The notes under the pieces: model-generated
The model's input: the letters and a program-made list of their open reading frames with translations, nothing else
The model's database searches: none
What the model was told of the DNA's origin: nothing
Source: Macrostomum lignano
Lineage: Eukaryota
Assembly: GCA_002269645.1 (NCBI GenBank)
Contig: NIVC01001029.1
Coordinates: forward strand, 62,001 to 126,000
DNA: 64,000 nt
Direction: 5' to 3'
Position numbers and translations under genes: made by a program
Shown here: positions 43,291 to 56,800 of the stretch, one piece after another
How the letters are laid out: each line of letters begins with the position of its first letter
How positions within the stretch are numbered: the first letter of the stretch is position 1

Positions 43291-43932
43291 AGCTGAGGTA
43301 CCGAAATTTAGGACTGAAACTTACATGTTCGCAGGCAAAAATATTTTCCATTGCTGTTGTCACTTAATTAAAATAAATTATAAAGCCCTCTTATCCCTCT
43401 TATAGTCCATGCGTGCGGTAAATTCCAATCTATCTGTCTATGGCTAAAACCAGAAGAATGCTTTGCCCATAAATCAATGAATCTATCACTAGGTTCCTTC
43501 GTGCGTAAATAGTCTATGGCTCATAGTCTATGGCCCCCTAAGCTAACGCGCACTCGTGCCAAGACTATTTTCGCACTCGAAACCTAGAGATAAATCTACC
43601 ATTTAAGCACTATCTTGCTCGGCCTTTCCATTTATTTCATGCATGCCTCCAACCAAACCAACCAGGAAGCTCCATATGAAAAGTTACGACGCAGAACAAG
43701 GTTCAGCAAAAAAGTTCACTTAACGAAACCTTCATATAAAGAAACACACGACAGAAAAGTTTTTGCATGTACGTTTGGACTTCAGTTAGTTACATACTAA
43801 GATAGTTTTTGCTATCTTGGATTAAATTGCTTGCTCGTAGTCTCTACTAGCTTGCAAAATGCTATAGCTCTGCACTGAAATATTCTAGAATGTGCATGAT
43901 TACATCTGTTCCATAAGAGGAATGGAACCCAT

Positions 43933-45896
43933 GATGACAGTTCAATCTGAGAGCTGATGATGCCAGCTCAATCTGAGAGCTGAGGATGCCAGCTCAATCT
44001 GAGAGCTGATGATGGCAGCTCAATCTGAGAGCTGATGATGCCAGCTCAATCTGAGAGCTGAGGATGCCAGCTCAACCTGAGAGCTGAGGATGACAGTTCA
44101 ATCTGAGAGCTGATGATGCCAGCTCAATCTGAGAGCTGAGGATGCCAGCTCAATCTGAGAGCTGATGATGGCAGCTCAATCTGAGAGCTGATGATGCCAG
44201 CTCAATCTGAGAGCTGAGGATGGCAGCTCAACCTGAGAGCTGAGGATGACAGTTCAATCTGAGAGCTGATGATGCCAGCTCAATCTGAGAGCTGAGGATG
44301 CCAGCTCAATCTGAGAGCTGATGATGGCAGCTCAATCTGAGAGCTGAGGATGGCAGCTCAATCTGAGAGCTGATGATGGCAGCTCAATCTGAGAGCTGAT
44401 GATGGCAGCTCAATCTGAGAGCTGATGATGCCAGCTCAATCTGAGAGCTGATGATGCCAGCTTAATCTGAGAGCTGAGGATGGCAGCTCAACCTGAGAGC
44501 TGAGGATGACAGTTCAATCTGAGAGCTGATGATGCCAGCTCAATCTGAGAGCTGAGGATGCCAGCTCAATCTGAGAGCTGATGATGGCAGCTCAATCTGA
44601 GAGCTGAGGATGCCAGCTCAATCTGAGAGCTGATGATGGCAGCTCAATCTGAGAGCTGATGATGGCAGCTCAACCTGAGAGCTGAGGATGGCAGCTCAAT
44701 CTGAGAGCTGATGATGGCAGCTCAATCTGAGAGCTTAGGATGGCAGCTCAATCTGAGAGCTGAGGATGGCAGCTCAACCTGAGAGCTGAGGATGGCAGCT
44801 CAATCTGAGAGCTGATGATGGCAGCTCAATCTAAGAGCTGAGGATGGCAGCTCAATCTGAGAGCTGATGATGCCAGCTCAATCTGAGAGCTGATGATGGC
44901 AGCTCAATCTGAGAGCTGAGGATGGCAGCTCAACCTGAGAGCTGAGGATGGCAGTTCAATCTGAGCTGAGGATGGCAGCTCAACCTGAGAGCTGAGGATG
45001 GCAGCTCAATCTGAGAGCTGAGGATGGCAGCTCAACCTGAGAGCTGAGGATGGCAGCTCAATCTGAGAGCTGAGGATGGCAGCTCAATCTGAGAGCTGAT
45101 GATGGCAGCTCAATCTGAGAGCTGATGATGGCAGCTCAATCTGAGAGCTGAGGATGGCAGCTCAATCTGAGAGCTGAGGATGGCAGCTCAACCTGAGAGC
45201 TGATGATGCCAGCTCAATCTGAGAGCTGATGATGCCAGCTCAATCTGAGAGCTGAGGATGGCAGCTCAACCTGAGAGCTGATGATGCCAGCTCAATCTGA
45301 GAGCTGATGATGGCAGCTCAATCTGAGAGCTGAGGATGGCAGCTCAATCTGAGAGCTGATGATGGCAGCTCAATCTGAGAGCTGAGGATGGCAGCTCAAT
45401 CTGAGAGCTGAGGATGGCAGCTCAATCTGAGAGCTGAGGATGGCAGCTCAATCTGAGAGCTGAGGATGGCAGCTCAACCAGCTCAACCTGAGAGCTGAGG
45501 ATGGCAGCTCAATCTGAGAGCTGATGATGGCAGCTCAACCTGAGAGCTGATGATGCCAGCTCAATCTGAGAGCTGAGGATGGCAGCTCAATCTGAGATCT
45601 GAGGATGCCAGCTCAATCTGAGAGCTGATGATGGCAGCTCAATCTGAGAGCTGAGGATGGCAGCTCAATCTGAGAGCTGAGGATGGCAGCTCAATCTGAG
45701 AGCTGAGGATGGCAGCTCAATCTGAGAGCTGAGGATGGCAGCTCAATCTGAGAGCTGAGGATGGCAGCTCATCTGAGAGCTGAGGATGGCAGCTCAATCT
45801 GAGAGCTGAGGATGGCAGCTCAATCTGAGAGCTGAGGATGGCAGCTCAATCTGAGAGCTGAGGATGGCAGCTCAACCAGCTCAATCTGAGAGCTGA
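43933..45896. repeat. Minisatellite, 26-bp GAGAGCTGAGGATGGCAGCTCAATCT, truncated by the gap
   Basis: About 75 copies, running into the N-gap. Confidence 0.97.
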
Positions 45897-46427
45897 NNNN
45901 NNNNNNNNNNNNNNNNNNNNNNNNNNNNNNNNNNNNNNNNNNNNNNNNNNNNNNNNNNNNNNNNNNNNNNNNNNNNNNNNNNNNNNNNNNNNNNNNNNNN
46001 NNNNNNNNNNNNNNNNNNNNNNNNNNNNNNNNNNNNNNNNNNNNNNNNNNNNNNNNNNNNNNNNNNNNNNNNNNNNNNNNNNNNNNNNNNNNNNNNNNNN
46101 NNNNNNNNNNNNNNNNNNNNNNNNNNNNNNNNNNNNNNNNNNNNNNNNNNNNNNNNNNNNNNNNNNNNNNNNNNNNNNNNNNNNNNNNNNNNNNNNNNNN
46201 NNNNNNNNNNNNNNNNNNNNNNNNNNNNNNNNNNNNNNNNNNNNNNNNNNNNNNNNNNNNNNNNNNNNNNNNNNNNNNNNNNNNNNNNNNNNNNNNNNNN
46301 NNNNNNNNNNNNNNNNNNNNNNNNNNNNNNNNNNNNNNNNNNNNNNNNNNNNNNNNNNNNNNNNNNNNNNNNNNNNNNNNNNNNNNNNNNNNNNNNNNNN
46401 NNNNNNNNNNNNNNNNNNNNNNNNNNN
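45897..46427. other. Assembly gap
   Basis: Run of N. Confidence 1.
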
Positions 46428-46442
46428 TCCCTTATTGCTATT

Positions 46443-47405
46443 CAAATTTAAATCCAGTGCCCCTCTAATCAAATCCAGTGCCCCTCTACTCAAATCCAGT
46501 GTCCCTAAACTCAAATCCAGTGTCCCTATACTCAAAACCAGTGTCCCTATACTCAAATCCAGTGTCCCTATACTCAAATCCAGTGTCCCTATACTCAAAT
46601 CCAGTGTCCCTATACTCAAATCCAGTGTCCCTATACTCAAATCTAGTGTCCCTATACTCAAATCCAGTGTCCCCTATACTCAAATCCAGTGTCCTATACT
46701 CAAATCCAGTGTCCCTATACTCAAATCCAGTGTCCCTATACTCAAATCCAGTGTCCCTATACTCAAATCCAGTGTCCCTATACTCAAATCTAGTGTCCTA
46801 TACTCAAATCCAGTGTCCTATACTCAAATCCAGTGTCCCTATACTCAAATCCAGTGTCCCTATACTCAAATCTAGTGTCCCTATACTCAAATCAGTGTCC
46901 TATACTCAAATCCAGTGTCCCTATACTCAAATCCAGTGTCCCTATACTCAAATCTAGTGTCCCTATACTCAAATCCAGTGTCCCTATACTCAAATCCAGT
47001 GTCCCTATACTCAAATCCAGTGTCCCTATACTCAAATCCAGTGTCCCTATACTCAAATCCAGTGTCCTATACTCAAATCCAGTGTCCCTATACTCAAATC
47101 CAGTGTCTATACTCAAATCCAGTGTCCCTATACTCAAATCCAGTGTCCTATACTCAAATCTAGTGTCCCTATACTCAAATCCAGTGTCCCTATACTCAAA
47201 TCCAGTGTCCCTATACTCAAATCCAGTGTCCCTATACTCAAATCCAGTGTCCCTATACTCAAATCCAGTGTCCCTATACCAAATCCAGTGTCCCTATACT
47301 CAAATCCAGTGTCCCTATACTCAAATCTAGTGTCCCTATACTCAAATCCAGTGTCCCTATACTCAAATCCAGTGTCCCTATACTCAAATCCAGTGTCCCT
47401 ATACT
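46443..47405. repeat. Minisatellite, 21-bp TCCAGTGTCCCTATACTCAAA
   Basis: About 45 copies with 1-bp indels. Confidence 0.96.
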
Positions 47406-47790
47406 TAAACATCGGCACCCCATACAGCTTTACTCAAACCGAGCTACTCCAACTAGCTTCAGTGGCACAAAGGTACCGAAGTCACAAGCGGACTTAATAT
47501 CTCTGTTTACAGAACATTTTGAAGAAAACAACTCTAATGTATAATAAGCAGTTCAAAAATAATTATGCAAAAGATATTAAAGCCAGAGCAAATGTATACA
47601 TGTGAAGGTCAGCGCGTTCGCCCTCGGACTAACTAGTTAGTGTTATTAAAGTTTAATAATGCCCACATAACAAAATTAATTAACTAACTAAACACGGAAC
47701 CGCAATATAAAAGTGCAATGAAAATTTTTACCTTGCATAATCATCATCACCAAATTATAATCGTGTTTAGTTGATGTTTTGAGGACAGGC

Positions 47791-50700
47791 TCAAATGTTG
47801 AGCTGGTCAGATTTGCCGTTGGCACCAGCGTCCGCGGGGCGGCGCGCGGCTGCCTCGCTCGCGTCGGAGACGCTCCTCGCGCATCTTCACCATGGTTAGG
47901 AGAAGGCGCCGGCCACCACAGGGCAGTTGCTCAGCCACCAGATGGCCGACTTGTGCTCGGAATAGACGAACACGGCCAGCAGGGTCTGCAGCACGGCCTT
48001 GGTGTTGTTGCTGATGTGGTGCGTGACCGGGCTGGTGTAATCAATCTGCATGTTCGAGGCCCAGCCAATGAGGAAGCTGAGCACCCCAGACAAGGCCAGC
48101 AGCAGCAGGAATGAGAAGTCGGTGCCGCGGGAGCTGTAAGCGGCCGAGAATTGTCGAACAGATTAGCAACGGCATGAATAGAATCGAGCCGCCAATGTTC
48201 ATGTAGTAGGTGACGCGGCCGGGCCTGGTTCTTTGAGATCATGTCCAGCAGGCGCTTCGTGAAGATGCCGTTGAGCGACACGAACAGCGAGGTCGACACG
48301 CCGTACATGACGCCAACAGTGGACAGGGTGCCGGCCACTTTCTCTTGATCGACCCGAGGACGAAGCCGGCGGCCACAATCAGGCAGCAGAGCCACACGGG
48401 CAGGGAGGAGACCCGGCGCAGCAGGATTGACGAGAAAATCACCGTGAATATCAGCGTCATGGACCGGGCCACCTGCGGGGACGAGACAGCTCAGTTTGAT
48501 GGTTCTGCCACACAGCTGCACTAACATTAATAGGATAATCTCAGCCTCACAGAATATAAACACAAGAATCTCAGCCCCACAGAATATAAACACAATAATC
48601 TCAGCCCCACAGAATATAAACACAATAATCTCAGCCCCACAGAATATAAACACAATAATCTCAGCCCCACAGAATATAAACACAAGAATCTCAGCCCCAC
48701 AGAATATAAACACAATAATCTCAGCCCCACAGAATATAAACACAAGAATCTCAGCCCCACAGAATATAAACACAATAATCTCAGCCCACAGAATATAAAC
48801 ACAAGAATCTCAGCCCACAGAATATAAAAACAATAATCTCAGCCCACAGAATATAAACACAAGAATCTCAGTCATAGAGAGTATAAACACAAGAATGTCA
48901 GTCACACAGAATATAAACACAAGAATGTCAGTCACACAGAATATAAACACAAGAATGTCAGTCACACAGAATATAAACACAAGAATGTCAGCCACACAGA
49001 ATATAAACAAAATAATCTCAGCCCCACAGAATATAAACACAATAATCTCAGCCCCACAGAATATAAACACAAGAATCTCAGTCACACAGAATATAAACAC
49101 AATAATCTCAGCCACACAGAATATAAACACAAGAATCTCAGTCATAGAGAGTATAAACACAAGAATGTCAGTCACACAGAATATAAACACAATAATCTCA
49201 GCCCCACAGAATATAAACACAACAATCTCAGCCCCACAGAATATAAACACAATAATCTCAGCCCACAGAATATAAACACAAGAATGTCAGCCACACAGAA
49301 TATAAACAAAATAATCTCAGCCACACAGAATATAAACACAAGAATGTCAGCCACACAGAATATAAACACAATAATCTCAGCCCCACAGAATATAAGCACA
49401 ACAATCTCAGCCCCACAGAATATAAACACAAGAATCTCAGCCACACAGAATATAAACACAAGAATCTCAGTCACACAGAATATAAACACAAGAATCTCAG
49501 CCACACAGAATATAAACACAAGAATCTCAGCCACACAGAATATAAACACAAGAATCTCAGTCACACAGAATATAAACACAATAATCTCAGTCACACACAG
49601 AGTATAAACACAAGAATCTCAGCCACACAGAATATAAACACAATAATCTCAGTCACACATAATATAAACACAAGAATCTCAGTCACACACAGAGTATAAA
49701 CACAAGAATCTCAGTCACACACAGAGTATAAACACAAGAATCTCAGTCACACAGAGTATAAACACAAGAATCTCAGTCACACACAGTATAAACACAAGAA
49801 TCTCAGTCACACACACAGTATAAACACAAGAATCTCAGCCACACAGAATATAAACACAAGAATCTCAGTCACACAGAATATAAACACAAGAATCTCAGCC
49901 ACACAGAATATAAACACAAGAATCTCAGTCATAGAGAGTATAAACACAAGAATGTCAGTCACACAGAATATAAACACAAGAATGTCAGCCACACAGAATA
50001 TAAACACAAGAATCTCAGTCACACAGAATATAAACACAAGAATCTCAGTCACACACAGTATAAACACAAGAATCTCAGTCACACAGAATATAAACACAAG
50101 AATCTCAGTCATACAGAGTATAAACACAAGAATGTCAGTCACACAGAATATAAACACAAGAATCTCAGTCATACAGAGTATAAACACAAGAATCTCAGCC
50201 ACACAGAATATAAACACAAGAATCTCAGTCACACAGAATATAAACTCAAGAATCTCAGTCACACAGAATATAAACACAAGAATCTCAGCCACACAGAATA
50301 TAAACACAAGAATCTCAGCCACACAGAATATAAACACAAGAATCTCAACATAACAGTAAGAATCGAACCCCGACCTTCAAGTCGTGAGTCCGACGCTCTG
50401 ACCACGAGGCTACAACCCACAGTACAACACAGGTGATAACGCCAGCAGAACAGTGCAGTCAGAAAAGAATCTCACCTGGAAGAAGGCGACGCCCACATAC
50501 TTCAAGCAGAGATTATTAAAGGTAAGCATGCCAGTGAACATGCAGGACAGAGCAACAGGAAATCTCTGTTCAGGCAGAATCTCCCTAGACAGTGGCGCAG
50601 CTCAATGTCGTGGCCGAGAACCAGACGCCGAAATGCCACAAGCGCCACGACCACTAGCACGGTGGACACACACTGGGCCCAGGCTACAAACAGGGACACG

Positions 50701-50828
50701 TCCAGCTTATCGGACAGTTTATCTCCGACCAGATATTTGTTGGCGAACACCATGGAGATGGACACTGTCCAGTAGGTGACGATGACGCCAACTATTTTTA
50801 TTGGCGGATGCGACTTTTCACTTGGCAT
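47791..50828 (-). CDS. SLC35C1: GDP-fucose transporter-like nucleotide-sugar transporter (SLC35C1 family), 2 coding exons, about five apparent frameshifts
   Basis: Exon 50828-50476 ([15 protein letters not shown]; [16 protein letters not shown]|GTGAG) and exon 48472-~47791 ([62 protein letters not shown]). These blocks follow the SLC35C1 order when frames are switched. Confidence 0.8.
48535..50346. repeat. Minisatellite, 30-bp CACAGAATATAAACACAAGAATCTCAGCCC filling the SLC35C1-like intron
   Basis: About 60 copies. Confidence 0.97.
50358..50420 (-). mobile_element. Second copy of the tRNA-derived SINE head
   Basis: AAGAATCGAACCCCGACCTTCAAGTCGTGAGTCCGACGCTCTGACCACGAGGCTACAA is closely similar to 22101-22162. 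Confidence 0.6.
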
Positions 50829-50879
50829 GGCAGCGGGCTGCAATTCATTGATTAACAAATATGCTTAACAATATTCCAA

Positions 50880-53800
50880 TCTATCTTAATACTAAAACTG
50901 GTGCGTTGTTTGTCTGTGTGTGTGTGTGTTTGTTGGATATCTCCTCCTAGAATACTTGCAAGTCAGCGTTGAAACTTATGTGGGAAAACTGCAAATTTTC
51001 CGAGGATGGCTTTAGGCTATTTTAATCTTTTATTTTTACATTTTAAGATCCCTAAAAAAGCAGAAAACGGCAATTCTGACCTTTGATAATCTTAATTGTC
51101 CTCTCTTTCCGCTCGGAGCTGAAAATTTGCATGAATTTTGAGTGATTACGCAACAACTTTTTCCTATCTCGCAGTGTATTTTCTCTCCAGTGGGGGGATG
51201 GGGGCGTTCTCAGTGGCGGCGTGTGTACACTTGGACCCTGGCTCACTGGCTGACTGTATAGATAATTGCGCAATGATTTGGCTACTGATAAGTTTTCTTG
51301 CCTCTCAATGGGCAGCCCTGTGTATTTGTTGGACATTGAAATTCAATGCATCAGCTAGCAAGCAGGTAGTTAACGTACACTCGATACTTCAATGCTATAA
51401 ATCAGACAGTTTCAAACGCTAACTGCTCTTCGAGTTCTAAATGTTAAGAGAAGAGACTTATACTGCTGAATAGATCTTGCAACACTGAGTTCGAGGATAT
51501 AAATTGTTTGCTTTAAATAGAAAAACTAAAAGCACAGCATCAAAAAACTATTTCCAGACTTTTAGCTTTCTGCAAAGATTGTACTCATTTTGGGGTTCAA
51601 TGGGCGTTCGACCGACCCCCAACAGTTGGGGGTTCAATTTCTAACTGCCACTGCGTAGTGGAAGGGGGTCGGGCGCTGTGTACTGGAGGGTTGATTTAGA
51701 TTGCGCAAACTTTTTGTTAACTTGAACTGAGACTGATACTGACTGACTGTGAAATCGGTTGCGCCATCAATTTGTTTTATTATCTGTGCCTTTCAATAGG
51801 CTGCCCTGTGAAGTTTTGGACATTGAAATTCAATGCATAAACTTGCGAGCCTCTTTAGCAGGCAGTGAACGTACACTCGATATTTCAATGCTTTAAATCA
51901 GAAAGTTTCAAACGCAAACTGTTGCTCGAGTTTCTAACTTTGATAGGAGAAACTTATATTGCTGGAAAGATCTTGCAACGCTGAGTTCGGGGATATAATT
52001 TGTTATCTTTAAATATGAAAAGAAAAAGCACAGCATTTAAAAAAACTATTTCCATGCTTTTAATTTTCTGCAAAAATTGTTCTCAGTTTTGCGAGACGTA
52101 ATAGATAAAGTTGGGGGGGGAGGGTTCAACTTCTCACTACAGCTGTGGATTGGAGGGTTGATTTAGATTGCGCAATCTTTTGTTAACTTTACCTGAGGCT
52201 GATACTGACTGACTGTGAAATCGGTTGCGCAATGAATTGATTCAATTAGTTCAATATTTTTATCTGTGCCTTTTAACACGAAGCTGTGCGTAGTTCTAAC
52301 CCTAACCCTAACCCTAACCCTAATGAATCTGGCGAGTTGAGTTGTTTGACGGAAAAAATTCGATTAAGTCAAGTTTAGCGGAGACGATTTCAATGTTTAA
52401 ATTCTGACGGAGAAGATTTCTGTTTCGTGGAGAGGATTTCGATGATGTTCAGTTTCACGAAAGGATTTCCATGGTGTTCAGTTTCACGGAGAGGATTTCG
52501 ATCATGTTCAGCTTCACGGAGAGGCTTTCTGTTTCGCGGAGATAATTTATGATTGATTTCTGTTTTATGGAAACAATTTTGATGGATTTAAGTTTCAAGG
52601 AGAGGATTTCGAAGGAGTCCAGTTTCACTGAGAGGATTTCGATGGTTTTTAGTTGCACAGACAGGATTTTTGCTTCGCGGAGAGGATCTTGATGGATTTG
52701 GCATCTTCAATCAGTCAGAGAAGAGAGTAAAGAGAAGACTGAAAAGAGAAGAGAGAAGAGATGATAGAAAACAGAGTATAATTGAGTGGAGAGATTAGAC
52801 ATGACAGATTGGAGATGATAGGAGAGAGAATAGATGAGGGATAAGAGCGTACAGAGGCAATAGAAGAGAGGGGAGAGTAGAGGAGAAAGAAAGAGTGAGA
52901 TGAGGAGATGAGGGATGAGAGAGCAGGGGAGAGAGGAGACAGGAGAGAGTACAGACGAAAGACTAGGGAGAAGATATAAATAAGGTAGTAAAGATGAGAG
53001 GAGAGAGAGGAGAGAGAAGCGAAAGGAGAAGAGAGTGAGGAGAGAGGAGAGAGATGAAAGGAGCAAGGAAAGGAGAAAAGAGAGAATGGAGAGAATAGAA
53101 AAGAGAGAAGAGAAGAGACAGGGGATAGTGAAAAGGAGGAAGAAAGATGGGAGACAAGAAAGTAGTGTCAGAGCGTATATGAAATATGAGAAATGAGAGC
53201 AGAGAGAAGAGAAAAGAGAAGAGAGAGAGAGGGTTAAGAGAGACGATAGATAAGTGAGTAGAGATGACATATGAGAGAGGAGAGAAGAGGGAGAGATAAG
53301 AGTGAAGAGAGGAGACAGAAGACAGGAGAAGGTACAGACGAAAGACGAGGGAGAAGAGATAAATAAGGGAGCAGGGGTAGAGATGAGATGAGAGAGAGGA
53401 GAGAGGAGATATGAGAGACTTGAGAGTCTTTGAGCTATGGTCTTTGAAAGATTTTGTAAAGAATTTGGAGACGATTTGGAAGATAGGGTTAAAGACATGG
53501 AATTTCAGTTGATGGATATTTCAGGGAATAGAATTCCGGTGATGGGAGTTCTTCCCCTTTCTCCTCCGAAGGAGGAGTTCCACTCGTCTCTCTTCTCTCT
53601 TAATACTAAAACTGGTGCGTTGTTTGTCTGTGTGTGTGTGTGTTTGTTGGATATCTCCTCCTAGAATACTTGCAAGTCAGCGTTGAAACTTATGTGGGAA
53701 AACTGCAAATTTTCCGAGGATGGCTTTAGGCTATTTTAATCTTTTATTTTTACATTTTAAGATCCCTAAAAAAGCAGAAAACGGCAATTCTGACCTTTGA

Positions 53801-56800
53801 TAATCTTAATTGTCCTCTCTTTCCGCTCGGAGCTGAAAATTTGCATGAATTTTGAGTGATTACGCAACAACTTTTTCCTATCTCGGCAGTGTATTTTCTC
53901 TCCAGTGGGGGGATGGGGCGTTCTCAGTGGCGGCGTGTGTACACTTGGACCCTGGCTCACTGGCTGACTGTATAGATAATTGCGCAATGATTTGGCTACT
54001 GATAAGTTTTCTTGCCTCTCAATGGGCAGCCCTGTGTATTTGTTGGACATTGAAATTCAATGCATCAGCTAGCAAGCAGGTAGTTAACGTACACTCGATA
54101 CTTCAATGCTATAAATCAGACAGTTTCAAACGCTAACTGCTCTTCGAGTTCTAAATGTTAAGAGAAGAGACTTATACTGCTGAATAGATCTTGCAACACT
54201 GAGTTCGAGGATATAAATTGTTTGCTTTAAATAGAAAAACTAAAAGCACAGCATCAAAAAAACTATTTCCAGACTTTTAGCTTTCTGCAAAGATTGTACT
54301 CATTTTGGGGTTCAATGGGCGTTCGACCGACCCCCCAACAGTTGGGGGTTCAATTTCTAACTGCCACTGCGTAGTGGAAGGGGTCGGCGCTGTGTACTGG
54401 AGGGTTGATTTAGATTGCGCAAACTTTTTGTTAACTTGAACTGAGACTGATACTGACTGACTGTGAAATCGGTTGCGCCATCAATTTGTTTTATTATCTG
54501 TGCCTTTCAATAGGCTGCCCTGTGAAGTTTTGGACATTGAAATTCAATGCATAAACTTGCGAGCCTCTTTAGCAGGCAGTGAACGTACACTCGATATTTC
54601 AATGCTTTAAATCAGAAAGTTTCAAACGCAAACTGTTGCTCGAGTTTCTAACTTTGATAGGAGAAACTTATATTGCTGGAAAGATCTTGCAACGCTGAGT
54701 TCGGGGATATAATTTGTTATCTTTAAATATGAAAAGAAAAAGCACAGCATTTAAAAAAACTATTTCCATGCTTTTAATTTTCTGCAAAAATTGTTCTCAG
54801 TTTTGCGAGACGTAATAGATAAAGTTGGGGGGAGGGTTCAACTTCTCACTGCTGCTGTGTATTGGAGGGTTGATTTAGATTGCGCAATGTTTTTGTTAAC
54901 TTTAACTGAGACTGATACTGACTGACTGAGAAATCGGTTGCGCAATGAATTGATTCAATTAGTTCAATATTTTTATCAGTGCCTTTTAACACGAAGCTGT
55001 GCGTAGTTCTAACCCTAACCCTAACCCTAACCCTAACCAATGAATCTGGAGAGTTGAGTTGTTTGACGGAAAAAATCGATTGAGTCCAGTTTAGCGGAGA
55101 CGATTTCAATGTTTTAATTTTGACGGAGAGGATTTCTGTTTGGTGGAGAGGATTTCTATTTCTCGGAGGGGATTTTGATGAATGTCAGTTTCACGGAGAG
55201 GTGTTTGATGGAGTTCTCTTTTACGGAGAAGATTTCGATGATGTTCAGTTTCGCGGAGAGGAGTTGGATGATGGGATTCAGGGAATGGCATTTCAGGGAA
55301 TGGAGTACCGGTGATGGGAATTCTTCCCCTTTCTCCTCCAGAGGAGGAGTTGGCCTCGTTAATACTAAAACTGGTGCGTTGTTTGTCTGTGTGTGTGTGT
55401 GTTTGTTGGATATCTCCTCCTAGAATACTTGCAAGTCAGCGTTGAAACTTATGTGGGAAAACTGCAAATTTTCCGAGGATGGCTTTAGGCTATTTTAATC
55501 TTTTATTTTTACATTTTAAGATCCCTAAAAAAGCAGAAAACGGCAATTCTGACCTTTGATAATCTTAATTGTCCTCTCTTTCCGCTCGGAGCTGAAAATT
55601 TGCATGAATTTTGAGTGATTACGCAACAACTTTTTCCTATCTCGGCAGTGTATTTTCTCTCCAGTGGGGGGATGGGGGCGTTCTCAGTGGCGGCGTGTGT
55701 ACACTTGGACCCTGGCTCACTGGCTGACTGTATAGATAATTGCGCAATGATTTGGCTACTGATAAGTTTTCTTGCCTCTCAATGGGCAGCCCTGTGTATT
55801 TGTTGGACATTGAAATTCAATGCATCAGCTAGCAAGCAGGTAGTTAACGTACACTCGATACTTCAATGCTATAAATCAGACAGTTTCAAACGCTAACTGC
55901 TCTTCGAGTTCTAAATGTTAAGAGAAGAGACTTATACTGCTGAATAGATCTTGCAACACTGAGTTCGAGGATATAAATTGTTTGCTTTAAATAGAAAAAC
56001 TAAAAGCACAGCATCAAAAAAACTATTTCCAGACTTTTAGCTTTCTGCAAAGATTGTACTCATTTTGGGGTTCAATGGGCGTTCGACCGACCCCCAACAG
56101 TTGGGGGTTCAATTTCTAACTGCCACTGCGTAGTGGAAGGGGTCGGGCGCTGTGTACTGGAGGGTTGATTTAGATTGCGCAAACTTTTTGTTAACTTGAA
56201 CTGAGACTGATACTGACTGACTGTGAAATCGGTTGCGCCATCAATTTGTTTTATTATCTGTGCCTTTCAATAGGCTGCCCTGTGAAGTTTGGACATTGAA
56301 ATTCAATGCATAAACTTGCGAGCCTCTTTAGCAGGCAGTGAACGTACACTCGATATTTCAATGCTTTAAATCAGAAAGTTTCAAACGCAAACTGTTGCTC
56401 GAGTTTCTAACTTTGATAGGAGAAACTTATATTGCTGGAAAGATCTTGCAACGCTGAGTTCGGGGATATAATTTGTTATTCTTTAAATATGAAAAGAAAA
56501 AGCACAGCATTTAAAAAAACTATTTCCATGCTTTTAATTTTCTGCAAAAATTGTTCTCAGTTTTGCGAGACGTAATAGATAAAGTTGGGGGGGGAGGGTT
56601 CAACTTCTCACTACAGCTGTGGATTGGAGGGTTGATTTAGATTGCGCAATCTTTTGTTAACTTTACCTGAGGCTGATACTGACTGACTGTGAAATCGGTT
56701 GCGCAATGAATTGATTCAATTAGTTCAATATTTTTATCTGTGCCTTTTAACACGAAGCTGTGCGTAGTTCTAACCCTAACCCTAACCCTAACCCTAATGA

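Noticed and set aside
45846-46661. ORFs spanning X runs (also 61815-62725)
   Set aside because: Artefacts of N-gaps.
41085-50346. Regular 21-30-bp repeats as CRISPR arrays
   Set aside because: The units are directly adjacent with no unique spacers, there are no cas genes, and the context is eukaryotic.
51052-51422. 94-aa ORFs recurring in each array unit as a captured gene
   Set aside because: No recognisable domain, and the starts and frames shift between copies. A captured fragment cannot be excluded but is unsupported.
52707-53498. Leu/Ser-rich 263-aa ORF and its copies
   Set aside because: Low-complexity AG block within the repeated element; the frame is not preserved between copies.
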